Below are positions 29,225 to 38,931 of a stretch of DNA of 51,585 nt, one piece after another; within the stretch, counting starts at the first letter, position 1, and the number at the start of each line of letters is the position of its first letter. A program made the translations under genes and the position numbers. Under the pieces are notes generated by a model, which did no database searches, had not been told where the DNA came from, and saw only the letters and a program-made list of their open reading frames with translations. This DNA is from Nitrospirota bacterium (GTDB lineage: Bacteria > JACPQY01), in assembly GCA_016180645.1 (NCBI GenBank), contig JACPAV010000040.1, forward strand, positions 1 through 51,585, in the 5' to 3' direction.

Positions 29225-30937
29225 CTACTTGAACGAAAGGGTGTCGCGTTTGATCTGCAACTGGCGCAGGCGATAGCCGAGCTGGCGGCGGCTCAATCCG
29301 AGGAGCTTGGCCGCCTTTTTCTGAATCCCGCCCGCCAGGGTCATCGCCTCGATGATCTTGGCCCGTTCGATCTTCTTCAGTGTCAGCTCTCCATCAGAAA
29401 TCGGCAGGCTTGCGGTGACTTCCGGCCTCCCCCTGTAAACGATTTCAGCCGGCGCCGCCCCACTCCGCTCCGCTTCGGGGACGGCGATCGGATGCGCCAT
29501 GTGGACCGGCGCCGTGGGAAGCAGGAAATTCTCCGGCCTCACGGGTCCGCCCGGAGAGAGGATCACAAGACGCTCGACAAAGTTCTCCAGTTCACGGACG
29601 TTTCCCGGCCATCCATAGGCCCGCAGGGCTTCAATCGACTCAGGAGTGAGCGAGACCGCCTTGCCGTGCTCCTCACCGGCCCGATCGGTGAAGAAGGCGG
29701 CCAGCCGGCCGATGTCCTCACGCCGTTCGCGCAAGGGAGGTAGAGTAATGGGAACGACGTTGAGGCGATAGAAGAGATCCTCTCTGAACGTCCCTTTCCG
29801 AACCATTTCCTCCAGAGGCTGGTTCGTCGCCGCGATGATCCGTGCGTCCACCCGGATCGTCCGCGTTCCACCCACGCGCTCGAACGTGCGATCCTGGAGC
29901 AGCCGAAGTAATTTGACCTGCACAGACAGTGGCACATCCCCGATCTCATCCAGAAAGAGCGTTCCTCCTGCGGCCGTCTCGACCAGGCCCGGTTTGTCCT
30001 TCACCGCCCCCGTGAAAGAACCCTTCTCATGGCCGAACAGCTCGCTTTCGAAAAGAGTTTCCGGGATGGAAGCACAGACCACCTTGACGAAGGGGCCGCG
30101 GGCGGAACGCCCCGCGCCACCCTCCTTGCTCCGCTGCGAGGACGGTGGAAGGAAGCGTGATGGAGTCCCTGCACCGTGCAGCATCCGCGCGATCAACTCC
30201 TTGCCGGTCCCGCTCTCGCCGCGGATCAGAACGGCCGTCTTGACGCGGCTGACCCGGTGAACCATCTCGATGATCGGCTTCATCGCGGGACTGTCCGCGA
30301 TCAGCCGATTCGAATCGCCCTTCACGCCGGGGGAGAGGAGCTTGACCATCGAAGCGGGAACCGCAACGCCGCTGAAGGCCGCCAGCAACTTGCCCCAAAG
30401 ATTGGCCATCGTATACAGGAGCCGGCTCAGCTCCCAAACCGTTTCACGCGAAGCGGCGTCATACTCCACCCCCAGCAGACCCAGAATCCGGCTTGCCGAC
30501 TTCACGGGCACAAATAGAAAACATGTCTCCGCCTCGTCCGTTCCCTGCCGAAGCCGGTTCCATACCGTGGATTCGGCCTTCAGCCGGGACACGCCCGCAA
30601 CAAATGGGCCACCGTTGTCGAACGCCTTCCCCACCAATCCGTGGCCGGGCGTGAATTTGCCTTTCGCTTTCTCATCCGGGGTGAGACCGTAGCCGGCCGC
30701 GACCCGCAGATTTCCCGTGGTGGGATCCTGCTCGATGAATACCGCGCGAGGATGCCCCAGCATCTGGCACAGGACATGGAGCCCTCTCCGGATCTGCTCG
30801 TGGGGTGGGAGATCGAGCCGGAAGGCTTTGCTGATTTCATAGAGAATCTCGAGCTCGTTGGTTCGACTGCGCTCGATCACCCTCCGGGCGGCCTTGGGAA
30901 TGGACGTCAGGGCGGGCGCTTCAATTTGAGATCGCAT
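29225..30937 (-). CDS. NifA-type sigma54 enhancer-binding protein (GAF-AAA+-HTH)
   Basis: N-terminal GAF; GESGTGKE, ESELFGHEKGSFTGA, FLDEIG, WPGNVRELEN; Fis-type HTH. Confidence 0.92.
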   Translation of the reverse strand: MRSQIEAPALTSIPKAARRVIERSRTNELEILYEISKAFRLDLPPHEQIRRGLHVLCQMLGHPRAVFIEQDPTTGNLRVAAGYGLTPDEKAKGKFTPGHGLVGKAFDNGGPFVAGVSRLKAESTVWNRLRQGTDEAETCFLFVPVKSASRILGLLGVEYDAASRETVWELSRLLYTMANLWGKLLAAFSGVAVPASMVKLLSPGVKGDSNRLIADSPAMKPIIEMVHRVSRVKTAVLIRGESGTGKELIARMLHGAGTPSRFLPPSSQRSKEGGAGRSARGPFVKVVCASIPETLFESELFGHEKGSFTGAVKDKPGLVETAAGGTLFLDEIGDVPLSVQVKLLRLLQDRTFERVGGTRTIRVDARIIAATNQPLEEMVRKGTFREDLFYRLNVVPITLPPLRERREDIGRLAAFFTDRAGEEHGKAVSLTPESIEALRAYGWPGNVRELENFVERLVILSPGGPVRPENFLLPTAPVHMAHPIAVPEAERSGAAPAEIVYRGRPEVTASLPISDGELTLKKIERAKIIEAMTLAGGIQKKAAKLLGLSRRQLGYRLRQLQIKRDTLSFK

Positions 30938-30971
30938 CGTTCAATGTACTCGCGGCGCAAGAGTGTACCTC

Positions 30972-30989
30972 TTGTACAATATTGTGCAA
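30972..30989. promoter_or_regulatory. Candidate upstream activating sequence
   Basis: Near-perfect palindrome TTGTACAATATTGTGCAA (TGT-N10-GCA) about 190 nt upstream of the sigma54 promoter. Confidence 0.55.
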
Positions 30990-31047
30990 CAAGCTGGGTC
31001 ACCGTTGCCCGCTCCAGACGGACCGGGTCGACCGACTTCTAATCCAT

Positions 31048-31073
31048 CGTCGTTCCCGCGAAGGCGGGAATCA
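31048..31073. repeat. REP-like hairpin (TTCCCGC-GAAG-GCGGGAA)
   Basis: CGTCGTTCCCGCGAAGGCGGGAATC. Confidence 0.6.
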
Positions 31074-31178
31074 ATCCTGAATCCCGCGATCTTCCTGCGG
31101 GTTCCTGCTCCCGTAGAAACGACGAAACGATTCGGGACCGATTTCATCGCCATGACCGTGATTTCCCTTCAGTTCCAG

Positions 31179-31193
31179 TGGCACGACCGTTGC
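31179..31193 (+). promoter_or_regulatory. Sigma54 (-24/-12) promoter of the urea operon
   Basis: TGGCACG-ACCG-TTGC, exact consensus. Confidence 0.88.
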
Positions 31194-31255
31194 GTATGAC
31201 AGGGAGCACTTATGACGCAATGCGTTAAGACTGGGATTTTTGTAAAGGAGGACGA

Positions 31256-32416
31256 ATGAACATTTCACGGTTTTTCCCACGGCCCCACCGCGCCGCCGTG
31301 TCCGCGGCCGCACTGATGCTCTGGCTGGGCCCACAGGCCGCGGCCCGCGCGGATGACAAGCCCACGGTGACCCCTTATGGTTTGGTCGAGTTCGACGCGG
31401 TCTATAGCACTCGGAATACCAATCCACTCGATCCGAATCAGTTCAACGGATATCTGACGGCGGCGGCGCCGGACGCAATTCCCACGGGGAAGACGGATAG
31501 CACGACGGGGGCCCCGATCACCGTCAAGGGCGACAAGGCCACATCCACCTTCAATCCACGGTTCACCCTTCTTGGCATCAAGGCCGAGCACGAGGGACTG
31601 AAAGCCGTGGGGGAGTTCGATTTCTACGGCAGCGATGGAATCGGGTTGATCGCGCCACGCTTGAGACTCGGCTACATCGATCTCACGACGGAGAACGGCC
31701 GGGTGACGCTCGGCCAGGATTGGCTTCCCATCATGTCCTCCCATCCGGCTGCCATGGATTTCTCCATCATGGGCTACGGGGGCAATCTGTGGATTCGTCT
31801 TCCCCAAATCACCTACCGGCACAAGGCGAGTGACACCTTTGAGGTCCTGGGGACGCTGTTCAGGAACGAGCGGAGTGGGTTCACCGATCCAAGCCTTCTG
31901 CCGTATGTCGGCGCCCGCGCGGCCTACACCGGCTCAGGGCTGTTTGCGCTTTCCGCCGCCTTCCGATCGTTCAAGGTCGATGCGGGTGGAAAGGAAGAGG
32001 GGGCCACCTCGTACCTCGTGGGAACCGAGGTGTCATTGCCTGCCGGACCGGTGACCCTGTCCGGAGAGTTGGGTCTCGGAGCGGGACTCGGCAACGAGTT
32101 CTTTCGGTTCGGCCAGGCCATGAACGGAAAGGATCCGGTCATGACGATCGTGGGATGGGCCAACGTGGTCTACCCGATGGACGATTGGACGTTTGCGCTG
32201 GGGTACGGGCATGACAACCCCAAGAATGACGATCTCAAAGGCTCGGCGGGCGGTCAGTACACCGTCAATCAGCGCATCTTTGGGAATGTCGTGAAGCACA
32301 TCTATAAGGGATTCAAGGTCGGCGGCGAAGTGACCCAGGCGATGACGTCTTGGGTGGGCGATACGAAGAGCTACGCCGGCCAACAGGTCATGCTTTCCGG
32401 CTTCTACAGCTTTTGA
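31256..32416 (+). CDS. Outer-membrane porin (DcaP-like)
   Basis: Signal peptide; YGLVEFDAVY, EFDFYG, PRLRLGY, LGQDW, RLPQITY; terminal YSF. Confidence 0.75.
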   Translation: MNISRFFPRPHRAAVSAAALMLWLGPQAAARADDKPTVTPYGLVEFDAVYSTRNTNPLDPNQFNGYLTAAAPDAIPTGKTDSTTGAPITVKGDKATSTFNPRFTLLGIKAEHEGLKAVGEFDFYGSDGIGLIAPRLRLGYIDLTTENGRVTLGQDWLPIMSSHPAAMDFSIMGYGGNLWIRLPQITYRHKASDTFEVLGTLFRNERSGFTDPSLLPYVGARAAYTGSGLFALSAAFRSFKVDAGGKEEGATSYLVGTEVSLPAGPVTLSGELGLGAGLGNEFFRFGQAMNGKDPVMTIVGWANVVYPMDDWTFALGYGHDNPKNDDLKGSAGGQYTVNQRIFGNVVKHIYKGFKVGGEVTQAMTSWVGDTKSYAGQQVMLSGFYSF

Positions 32417-32441
32417 TCGATATCAATAAGGAGGATTCAGA

Positions 32442-33806
32442 ATGAACATGCAACAGACAGGTAGAAAAATGAGGGCGATGATCGGGGGAATCGCGGCGCT
32501 GGCGGCGATTTCGATGACCACGCTGTCCGGCGTGGGTCGTGAGGCCCAGGCGGCCGGAAAGCCCACGTGCCCGATCAAGGTGGGCATCCTGCACTCGCTC
32601 AGCGGCACGATGGCCATCAGCGAAGTGTCGCTCCGCGACGTCCGCATGATGGCGATCGACGAAATCAATGCGAAGGGCGGCGTGCTCGGCTGCCCGATCA
32701 AGCCGGTGATTGAAGACCCGGCGTCGAACTGGGACCTGTTCGCGGAGAAGGCCAAGAAGCTCCTGCTCCAAGACAAGGTGGCCACGGTGTTCGGATGCTG
32801 GACGTCCGTCAGCCGGAAATCGGTCCTGCCGGTTTTCGAGAAAAACAACGGCCTGCTTTTCTACCCCGTTCAATACGAGGGTGAAGAGTGTTCCCGCAAC
32901 GTCATCTACACGGGCGCCGCGATCAATCAGCAGGGTACGATCGGGGTGGACTACTTCATGAGCAAGGACGGCGGCCAGAAAAAGAAGTACTACCTCATTG
33001 GGACGGACTACGTCTATCCGCGCACCACGAATAAGGTGCTCCGTGCGATGCTCCTGGCCAAGGGGGTTCCCGCCAAGAACATCATGGAGGAGTACACGCC
33101 GTTCCATCACCAAGACTACCAGACGATCATCGCCAAGATTAAGCGCTTCTGCGCGGGCGGCGATGCCGGCGTGATCAACACGATCAACGGCGACAGCAAC
33201 GTGGCCTTCTTCAAAGAGTTGGCCAACCAGGGAGTGACGGCGGACAACTGCCCGGTCATCTCGTACAGCGTGGCTGAAGACGAACTTCGCGGATTGGACA
33301 CGAAGCCGCTCGTGGGGCACTTGGCCGCGTGGAACTACTTTCAATCCATCGACTCGCCGGCCAACAAGGAGTTCGTGAAAAACTTCAAAGCCTACGCCGC
33401 GAAGAACAAACTCCCTGGCGGCGCGAAGCGCGTGACGGACGACCCCATCGTGTGGTCGTACTACGAGATCTATCTCTGGAAAGCGGCGGTGGAGAAGGCG
33501 GGAACGACGGACGTGGACGCCGTGCTCAAGGCGCTCCCGAGTCTCAAACTCGACACGCCGGCCGGCGAGATCGTCGTGGATCGAAAGAACCACCACACGT
33601 CGAAGCCCGCCTACATCGGGCGGATCCTGGCGGATGGGCAGTTCGAGATCATCTGGCAGAGCAAGGGTCTCGTGGATGCCGTTCCCTGGAGCGAATACAC
33701 CTATCCCGAACGGGGATGCGATTGGAGCAACGGCGGGAAGGGGACCTTTGACGTGGTCGGCGGCGAGAAGATTTATCTCGACGCAAACGTAAAGCCGATC
33801 GAGTAG
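32442..33806 (+). CDS. urtA: Urea ABC transporter substrate-binding protein
   Basis: IKVGILHSLSGTMAISE, FGCWTSVSRKSVLPVFE, FYPVQYEGEE, DYVYPRTTN. Confidence 0.97.
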   Translation: MNMQQTGRKMRAMIGGIAALAAISMTTLSGVGREAQAAGKPTCPIKVGILHSLSGTMAISEVSLRDVRMMAIDEINAKGGVLGCPIKPVIEDPASNWDLFAEKAKKLLLQDKVATVFGCWTSVSRKSVLPVFEKNNGLLFYPVQYEGEECSRNVIYTGAAINQQGTIGVDYFMSKDGGQKKKYYLIGTDYVYPRTTNKVLRAMLLAKGVPAKNIMEEYTPFHHQDYQTIIAKIKRFCAGGDAGVINTINGDSNVAFFKELANQGVTADNCPVISYSVAEDELRGLDTKPLVGHLAAWNYFQSIDSPANKEFVKNFKAYAAKNKLPGGAKRVTDDPIVWSYYEIYLWKAAVEKAGTTDVDAVLKALPSLKLDTPAGEIVVDRKNHHTSKPAYIGRILADGQFEIIWQSKGLVDAVPWSEYTYPERGCDWSNGGKGTFDVVGGEKIYLDANVKPIE

Positions 33807-33827
33807 ACCTTCGGTTTGTGAGCACCT

Positions 33828-33869
33828 CCGCGTCTGCGGGTGGGCGACCGTCGCCCGGCCCGCAGACGC
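33828..33869 (+). repeat. Long GC-rich hairpin between urtA and urtB
   Basis: GCGTCTGCGGG..GGGCGAC/GTCGCCC..CCCGCAGACGC; possible mRNA-stabilising or REP-like element. Confidence 0.6.
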
Positions 33870-33946
33870 GTTCCTACATGGAAGGGGGCCGAACGATGGG
33901 AGTCAGGCGCCGCGCTGAGCACGGGCGGAAGGCGACCTCGCTCTTC

Positions 33947-35650
33947 ATGAATGCACGGCGCGTTGTCTCCTTTTCCCTGGCAGTTCTCTCGGGATTCCTA
34001 TCCCTTCTTCCCCACGCCTTCGCCGACAGCCGCCTGGCGGATGCCGCGGAGCGAATTCGGAGCGACGACCCGACCGTTCAAATGGCGGCCGTGATGGAGC
34101 TGCGCGACCTCGGGGACCCTGCCTCTCTGCCTCTTCTGCGGGCCATGGAGGAGGGCGCCGCGTACCGCTGGGAATTCGCGCCGGGAATTGTTCGCCTTGT
34201 GGTGGTCGATAAACCGGTGGACGAGCAGGGCGTCGAGTGGCTTGTCCTCCGAGAGCCGATTTCCGGGGAGGTTCTGAGTCGTCTCGACGGTTCGAGCATG
34301 GAGGCCCTCGCGCAAGAGGAACACCTTTCCCGGCTTTCGCTCCCTTCCGCCGATGCCCGGCGATTGGTCAAGTCGGCCTTGGAACGGCTGAAGCTTTTCG
34401 ACGCAGACCCCGCTTTTCACCGAGCCGCGGCAACCAAGATCGGAAACGAAGAAGATGACTCGGCCCTCCCCGTTCTCCTGCACGCGCTGGAGAAAGAAAA
34501 AGATCGGTGGGCGAGGCACGCCCTCCATGAAGCGGTCCACCAAATCCGGCTGCAGAGCCCGGATCCACAAGTCCGCCGGAAGTCGGCGGAGGAATTGGGG
34601 AGGATGATTGGGCTTCAGGCATTGTCGAGGATGAAGGGACTTTTGAATGGCGAGTTGAAAGAAAAGGACCCTGCCGTCCGAGCCGCTCTGGAGTCGGCTG
34701 TTCGAAGGATTGAAGGTCGGCAGGGATTGTCGATTGCAGTCGGAACGGTCTTTAACGGCATCAGCCTCGGCTCGATTCTACTCATGATGGGCTTGGGCCT
34801 GGCGATCACGTTCGGCCTTATGGGCGTGATCAACATGGCCCATGGAGAAATGATGATGATCGGCGGATACGTGGGGTTCGTCCTCCAGGAGTGGTTCGCG
34901 GCCCACCTTCCCCCGGCCATGCACGATCATTATTTCCTGGCGGCCCTTCCGGTTTCGTTCATGGTGGCAGGCGCCGTAGGGTGGGCGCTGGAGAAATCGG
35001 TCATCCGATTTCTGTACGGTCGGCCTCTCGAAACGCTCCTCGCCACGTGGGGAGTCAGCATGATCTTCCAGCAGGCCGCGCGCGTTTATTTCGGCGATCT
35101 TACGGGAGTGAACGCGCCCTCCTGGCTCAGGGGCGGGGTCGAACCCATGGTCGGACTGGTCCTTCCCTACGGGAGAATTTTCATCATGGGGCTGGGTGGG
35201 CTCACTCTTTTCGGGATCCATGTTCTCCTGACGAAAACTCCGCTCGGTCTGAGAATTCGCGCTGTGACGCAGAACCGGGACATGAGCGCGTGCCTCGGCA
35301 TCTCGACACGCAGGGTCGATGGGTGGACGTTTGCTCTCGGCGCGGGTCTTGCCGGATTAGCCGGCTGCTCGTTGAATCTGATCGGAACGGTTGATCCTGA
35401 AGTGGGTAAGTACTACATCGTGGAATCGTTCATGGTGGTGGTGGTGGGCGGCGTGGGCAAGCTCGCCGGCACACTGGCGGCGGCGCTCGGTATCGGCGTG
35501 ACGACCAAGATCCTTGAGCCCCTCATCGGCGGGACGGGCGGCTCCATCTACGCCAAGCTCGCCATCCTCGGCGCGATCATTCTGTTCCTCCAGAGGCGCC
35601 CATCGGGCATCTTTGCGCCCAAGGGCCGCCTGGTCGAGAAGGACGGATGA
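33947..35650 (+). CDS. urtB: Urea ABC transporter permease with N-terminal HEAT-like periplasmic domain; start uncertain
   Basis: GLAITFGLMGVINMAHGEM, LYGRPLETLLATWG, SFMVVVVGGVGKL. Confidence 0.93.
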   Translation: MNARRVVSFSLAVLSGFLSLLPHAFADSRLADAAERIRSDDPTVQMAAVMELRDLGDPASLPLLRAMEEGAAYRWEFAPGIVRLVVVDKPVDEQGVEWLVLREPISGEVLSRLDGSSMEALAQEEHLSRLSLPSADARRLVKSALERLKLFDADPAFHRAAATKIGNEEDDSALPVLLHALEKEKDRWARHALHEAVHQIRLQSPDPQVRRKSAEELGRMIGLQALSRMKGLLNGELKEKDPAVRAALESAVRRIEGRQGLSIAVGTVFNGISLGSILLMMGLGLAITFGLMGVINMAHGEMMMIGGYVGFVLQEWFAAHLPPAMHDHYFLAALPVSFMVAGAVGWALEKSVIRFLYGRPLETLLATWGVSMIFQQAARVYFGDLTGVNAPSWLRGGVEPMVGLVLPYGRIFIMGLGGLTLFGIHVLLTKTPLGLRIRAVTQNRDMSACLGISTRRVDGWTFALGAGLAGLAGCSLNLIGTVDPEVGKYYIVESFMVVVVGGVGKLAGTLAAALGIGVTTKILEPLIGGTGGSIYAKLAILGAIILFLQRRPSGIFAPKGRLVEKDG

Positions 35651-36789
35651 CTCTGTCACCCACCCAGACTCGGAAGCTGGCCCTCGGCGTCACTGCGGGC
35701 GTCGCGGTCGTCATCGTGATCCCTGTTCTAAACCTCCTGCCAAAAACGTCCGCCGTGTACGTCTCGGATTTCTATCTCAACCTGTTTGGGAAGTACCTGG
35801 CGCTGGCGATCCTCGCCCTCGGAATGGACCTCCTCTGGGGGTACGCTGGCATTTTGAGCCTCGGCCAGGCGGTCTTCCTCGGCCTGGGCGGATACACGAT
35901 GGGCATGCATCTCATGCAACAGATGGTGGGGCAGGGAAAGTACGGGGAAAACATTCCCGATTTCATGGTTTGGAACCAGATCAAGGAGCTGCCGTTTCAT
36001 TGGAAACCGTTCGACAGCTTCCCGAATACCGTGCTGGGTATCCTGCTGGTCCCCACGTGCTTTGCGCTTGTGTTTGGGTTCCTGACGTTCCGGACGAGGA
36101 TCCGCGGTGTGTACGTGAGTATCCTGACGCAGGCGCTGGCGTTTGCAACCTGGCTTCTGTTCAACCGGAACGAAATGGCCCTCGGCGGGACCAACGGTCT
36201 GACCGACTACAAGATGTTGCTCGGTTTCTCGCTGCTTTCCCCTGCAACGCAGAGGGGTCTCTATGTGGTCACGGCGCTGACGCTCGTATTCGCCCTGCTC
36301 GCGTGCATGCTGCTGGTCCGATCCAAGTTCGGGCAGATCCTGCGCGCCGTGAGGGATGCCGAGACGCGCCTTCGGTTCTCGGGGTACTCCACCACCGGGT
36401 ACAAGGTCGCCGCTTTCTCCATCGCCGCTCTTCTGGCCGGCGTGGCGGGCGCGTTGTATGTGCCCCAGGTTGGAATCATCACACCGAATCAGATCGGCGT
36501 GCTCCCGTCGCTTGAAGTCGTCGTCTGGGTGGCCGTGGGCGGCCGGGGAACGCTCTTTGGCGCGGTGCTCGGGGCGATCGTGGTCAATGCGGCGCGCAGT
36601 TATCTGACGGCGAAATATCCCGAGCTCTGGCCGTTCGTTTTAGGCGGGCTGTTTGTGGGTGTGGTCCTTCTCTTCCCGAGAGGGCTCGTGGGCCTGCCGA
36701 ACCAGGCCGCAAAATGGCTCGAACGATTCAGGACGTTCATGGAAGTCTGGCGCGCCGGCACGATCGGGGCGGGTCCTCATGCCCGCTGA
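35647..36789 (+). CDS. urtC: Urea ABC transporter permease
   Basis: DLLWGYAGILSLG, PDFMVWN, GGTNGLT, WVAVGGRGTL. Confidence 0.95.
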   Translation: MTLSPTQTRKLALGVTAGVAVVIVIPVLNLLPKTSAVYVSDFYLNLFGKYLALAILALGMDLLWGYAGILSLGQAVFLGLGGYTMGMHLMQQMVGQGKYGENIPDFMVWNQIKELPFHWKPFDSFPNTVLGILLVPTCFALVFGFLTFRTRIRGVYVSILTQALAFATWLLFNRNEMALGGTNGLTDYKMLLGFSLLSPATQRGLYVVTALTLVFALLACMLLVRSKFGQILRAVRDAETRLRFSGYSTTGYKVAAFSIAALLAGVAGALYVPQVGIITPNQIGVLPSLEVVVWVAVGGRGTLFGAVLGAIVVNAARSYLTAKYPELWPFVLGGLFVGVVLLFPRGLVGLPNQAAKWLERFRTFMEVWRAGTIGAGPHAR

Positions 36790-37564
36790 TCCCCGTTCCG
36801 GCGATTCCCGCACCGGAGGGTCGGATGGGACCATCCTCTACCTGGAAGGCGTCTCCGTGAGCTTTGAGGGATTTCGGGCGCTCAACAATCTCAACTTTGT
36901 CATGCGGAAAGGGGAGCTTCGTTTCGTGATCGGGCCGAACGGAGCGGGAAAAACGACGCTCCTGGACGTGGTGTGCGGCAAGGTCAAACCAATTGAAGGC
37001 CGGGTTCTCTTCAGCCATTATGTCGATCTTCTGCCGCTCAGGGAATACGAAATCGCCCAGTACGGGATCGGAAGAAAATTCCAGACGCCCACCATTTTCC
37101 CGGACCACACGGTATTCGAGAACGTCGGCCTGTCTCTCACGCGCGACCGCCGGATCTGGTCCACTTTCTTTTCACGATACACGCCGGCGGAACGCGAAAA
37201 AGTGGACTCCATACTGGAACGGGTCGGTCTTCTCGACATGCGAGCCTCGTCGGCGGGCATTCTGTCCCATGGACAGAAACAGTGGCTCGAGATCGCCATG
37301 TTGATCGCTCAGGAGCCGCAGGTTCTTCTGCTCGACGAGCCGGTGGCTGGGATGACGGGAGACGAGCGCGAGGCCACAGGCCGCCTCATTGAATGGCTGG
37401 CCCGGCGCCATTCGGTGCTGGTCATCGAGCACGATATGCACTTCGTCCGGCAGTTCGCCCGGACGGTCACGGTTCTCCATGAGGGCTCGGTCCTTTGCGA
37501 GGGACCCATGCAGAAAATCCAGGAGGACCCGCGGGTGATCGAAGTCTACCTCGGGAGGGAGTAG
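36779..37564 (+). CDS. urtD: Urea ABC transporter ATP-binding protein
   Basis: IGPNGAGKTT, GIGRKFQTP, LSHGQKQWLEI, DEPVAGM. Confidence 0.95.
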   Translation: MPADPRSGDSRTGGSDGTILYLEGVSVSFEGFRALNNLNFVMRKGELRFVIGPNGAGKTTLLDVVCGKVKPIEGRVLFSHYVDLLPLREYEIAQYGIGRKFQTPTIFPDHTVFENVGLSLTRDRRIWSTFFSRYTPAEREKVDSILERVGLLDMRASSAGILSHGQKQWLEIAMLIAQEPQVLLLDEPVAGMTGDEREATGRLIEWLARRHSVLVIEHDMHFVRQFARTVTVLHEGSVLCEGPMQKIQEDPRVIEVYLGRE

Positions 37565-37569
37565 GTCCT

Positions 37570-38265
37570 GTGCTGGAAGCCTCGGAACTTAATGTCTTCT
37601 ACGGGGAGAGCCACGTTCTGCACGATGCGCGCCTGAGGGTTGAAACCGGCCAGGTCGTCTGCCTGCTGGGGCGAAATGGCGTGGGAAAGACGACTTTCCT
37701 GAAAACCCTGATGGGCCTGCTTCCCGCGCGATCCGGCCGGATCAGGTTGGGGGGAACGGATATCACTTCGCGCCCACCCTACGAGCGGGCGCGGCTCGGT
37801 CTTGGCTACTCGCCGCAGGGACGGGAGATCATCCCCAGCCTCACGGTCCGCGAGAACATCCTCCTGGGCCTCGAAGCGCGCGGCATCCGGAAGAGGGAAG
37901 TTCCGGACGCCGTCCTTCAGTTATTTCCGATGCTGGAGAACTTCCTTGAGAAGCGGGGAGGGGATTTGAGCGGCGGCCAACAGCAACAGTTGGCGATCGC
38001 GCGCGCGCTGGCCACCCGACCCCGCGTGCTCCTGTTGGATGAGCCCACGGAGGGGATTCAGCCCTCCATCATTCTCGAGATCAAGGCTGCCATCCAGAAA
38101 ATCAAGGCGGGTGGTGAGACGGCGATCCTTCTCGTCGAGCAGTACCTGGCGTTTGTGCGGAGTGTGGCCGACCGGTTCTACGTGATGGAGAAAGGATCGA
38201 TCACCGCGGAGGGGGATATCGGCGGACTCACGGATGATGTCGTTCGAAAACATCTCGTGGTATAG
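37570..38265 (+). CDS. urtE: Urea ABC transporter ATP-binding protein
   Basis: [38 protein letters not shown] start after urtD. Confidence 0.95.
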   Translation: MLEASELNVFYGESHVLHDARLRVETGQVVCLLGRNGVGKTTFLKTLMGLLPARSGRIRLGGTDITSRPPYERARLGLGYSPQGREIIPSLTVRENILLGLEARGIRKREVPDAVLQLFPMLENFLEKRGGDLSGGQQQQLAIARALATRPRVLLLDEPTEGIQPSIILEIKAAIQKIKAGGETAILLVEQYLAFVRSVADRFYVMEKGSITAEGDIGGLTDDVVRKHLVV

Positions 38266-38273
38266 GACGCAGA

Positions 38274-38576
38274 ATGCATCTTGGTGTCAAAGATCGCGAG
38301 CTTCTCCTCGTGTACGTGGCTGCGCAATTGGCGAAAGAGCGCCGGAACCGAGGACTGAAACTCAACTACCCCGAATCGGTCGCGTTGATCACCTCCGCCA
38401 TCCTCGAAGGGGCGCGCGAAGGAAAATCGGTAGCCGATCTCATGGAGCTTGGCGCCCAAGTGCTGAAGCGCCCGGACGTGCTCGAAGGGGTGCCTGAGAT
38501 GATTTCCGAGGTGCAGGTCGAAGCCACGTTTCAGGACGGCACGAAACTGGTCACGGTCCATCATCCCATCCGATAG
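38274..38576 (+). CDS. ureA: Urease gamma subunit
   Basis: [27 protein letters not shown]. Confidence 0.98.
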   Translation: MHLGVKDRELLLVYVAAQLAKERRNRGLKLNYPESVALITSAILEGAREGKSVADLMELGAQVLKRPDVLEGVPEMISEVQVEATFQDGTKLVTVHHPIR

Positions 38577-38580
38577 CGCC

Positions 38581-38931
38581 ATGGTCCCAGGAGAGATCAT
38601 CCCTCAATCCGGCGAAATCGAGCTCCACCAGGGCAGGACGACCACGAAGATGCGCGTGGCCAACACCGGTGACCGCCCCATCCAAGTCGGCTCCCATTTT
38701 CACTTCTTCGAGGTGAATCGCGCGCTGAAGTTTGATCGTGCAAACGCGTTTGGACTGCGACTCGCGATTCCAGCGGGAACCGCCGTGCGTTTCGAACCCG
38801 GCGACGAAAAAGATATCGAGTTGATCCCCTTCGAGGGTCGTCGAAGACTCCGTGGGTTCAACGGCCTGACGGAAGGCGCCTCCAAAGCACGGGCGATGGC
38901 CCGCGCGAGGAAGCGGGGGTTCATCGCATGA
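38581..38931 (+). CDS. ureB: Urease beta subunit
   Basis: [30 protein letters not shown]. Confidence 0.98.
   Translation: MVPGEIIPQSGEIELHQGRTTTKMRVANTGDRPIQVGSHFHFFEVNRALKFDRANAFGLRLAIPAGTAVRFEPGDEKDIELIPFEGRRRLRGFNGLTEGASKARAMARARKRGFIA

Noticed and set aside
29225-30937. Calling the activator nifA and inferring nitrogen fixation
   Set aside because: No nif genes in the window; domain architecture alone is insufficient
32388-33596. Long antisense ORFs opposite urtA and other genes (e.g. 9449-10567, 11314-12492, 14251-15402, 47451-48554)
   Set aside because: Expected shadow ORFs of high-GC coding sequence with no protein motifs
33818-33946. N-terminal extension of UrtB in the track
   Set aside because: Runs through a strong intergenic hairpin and precedes a signal-peptide-like start at 33947
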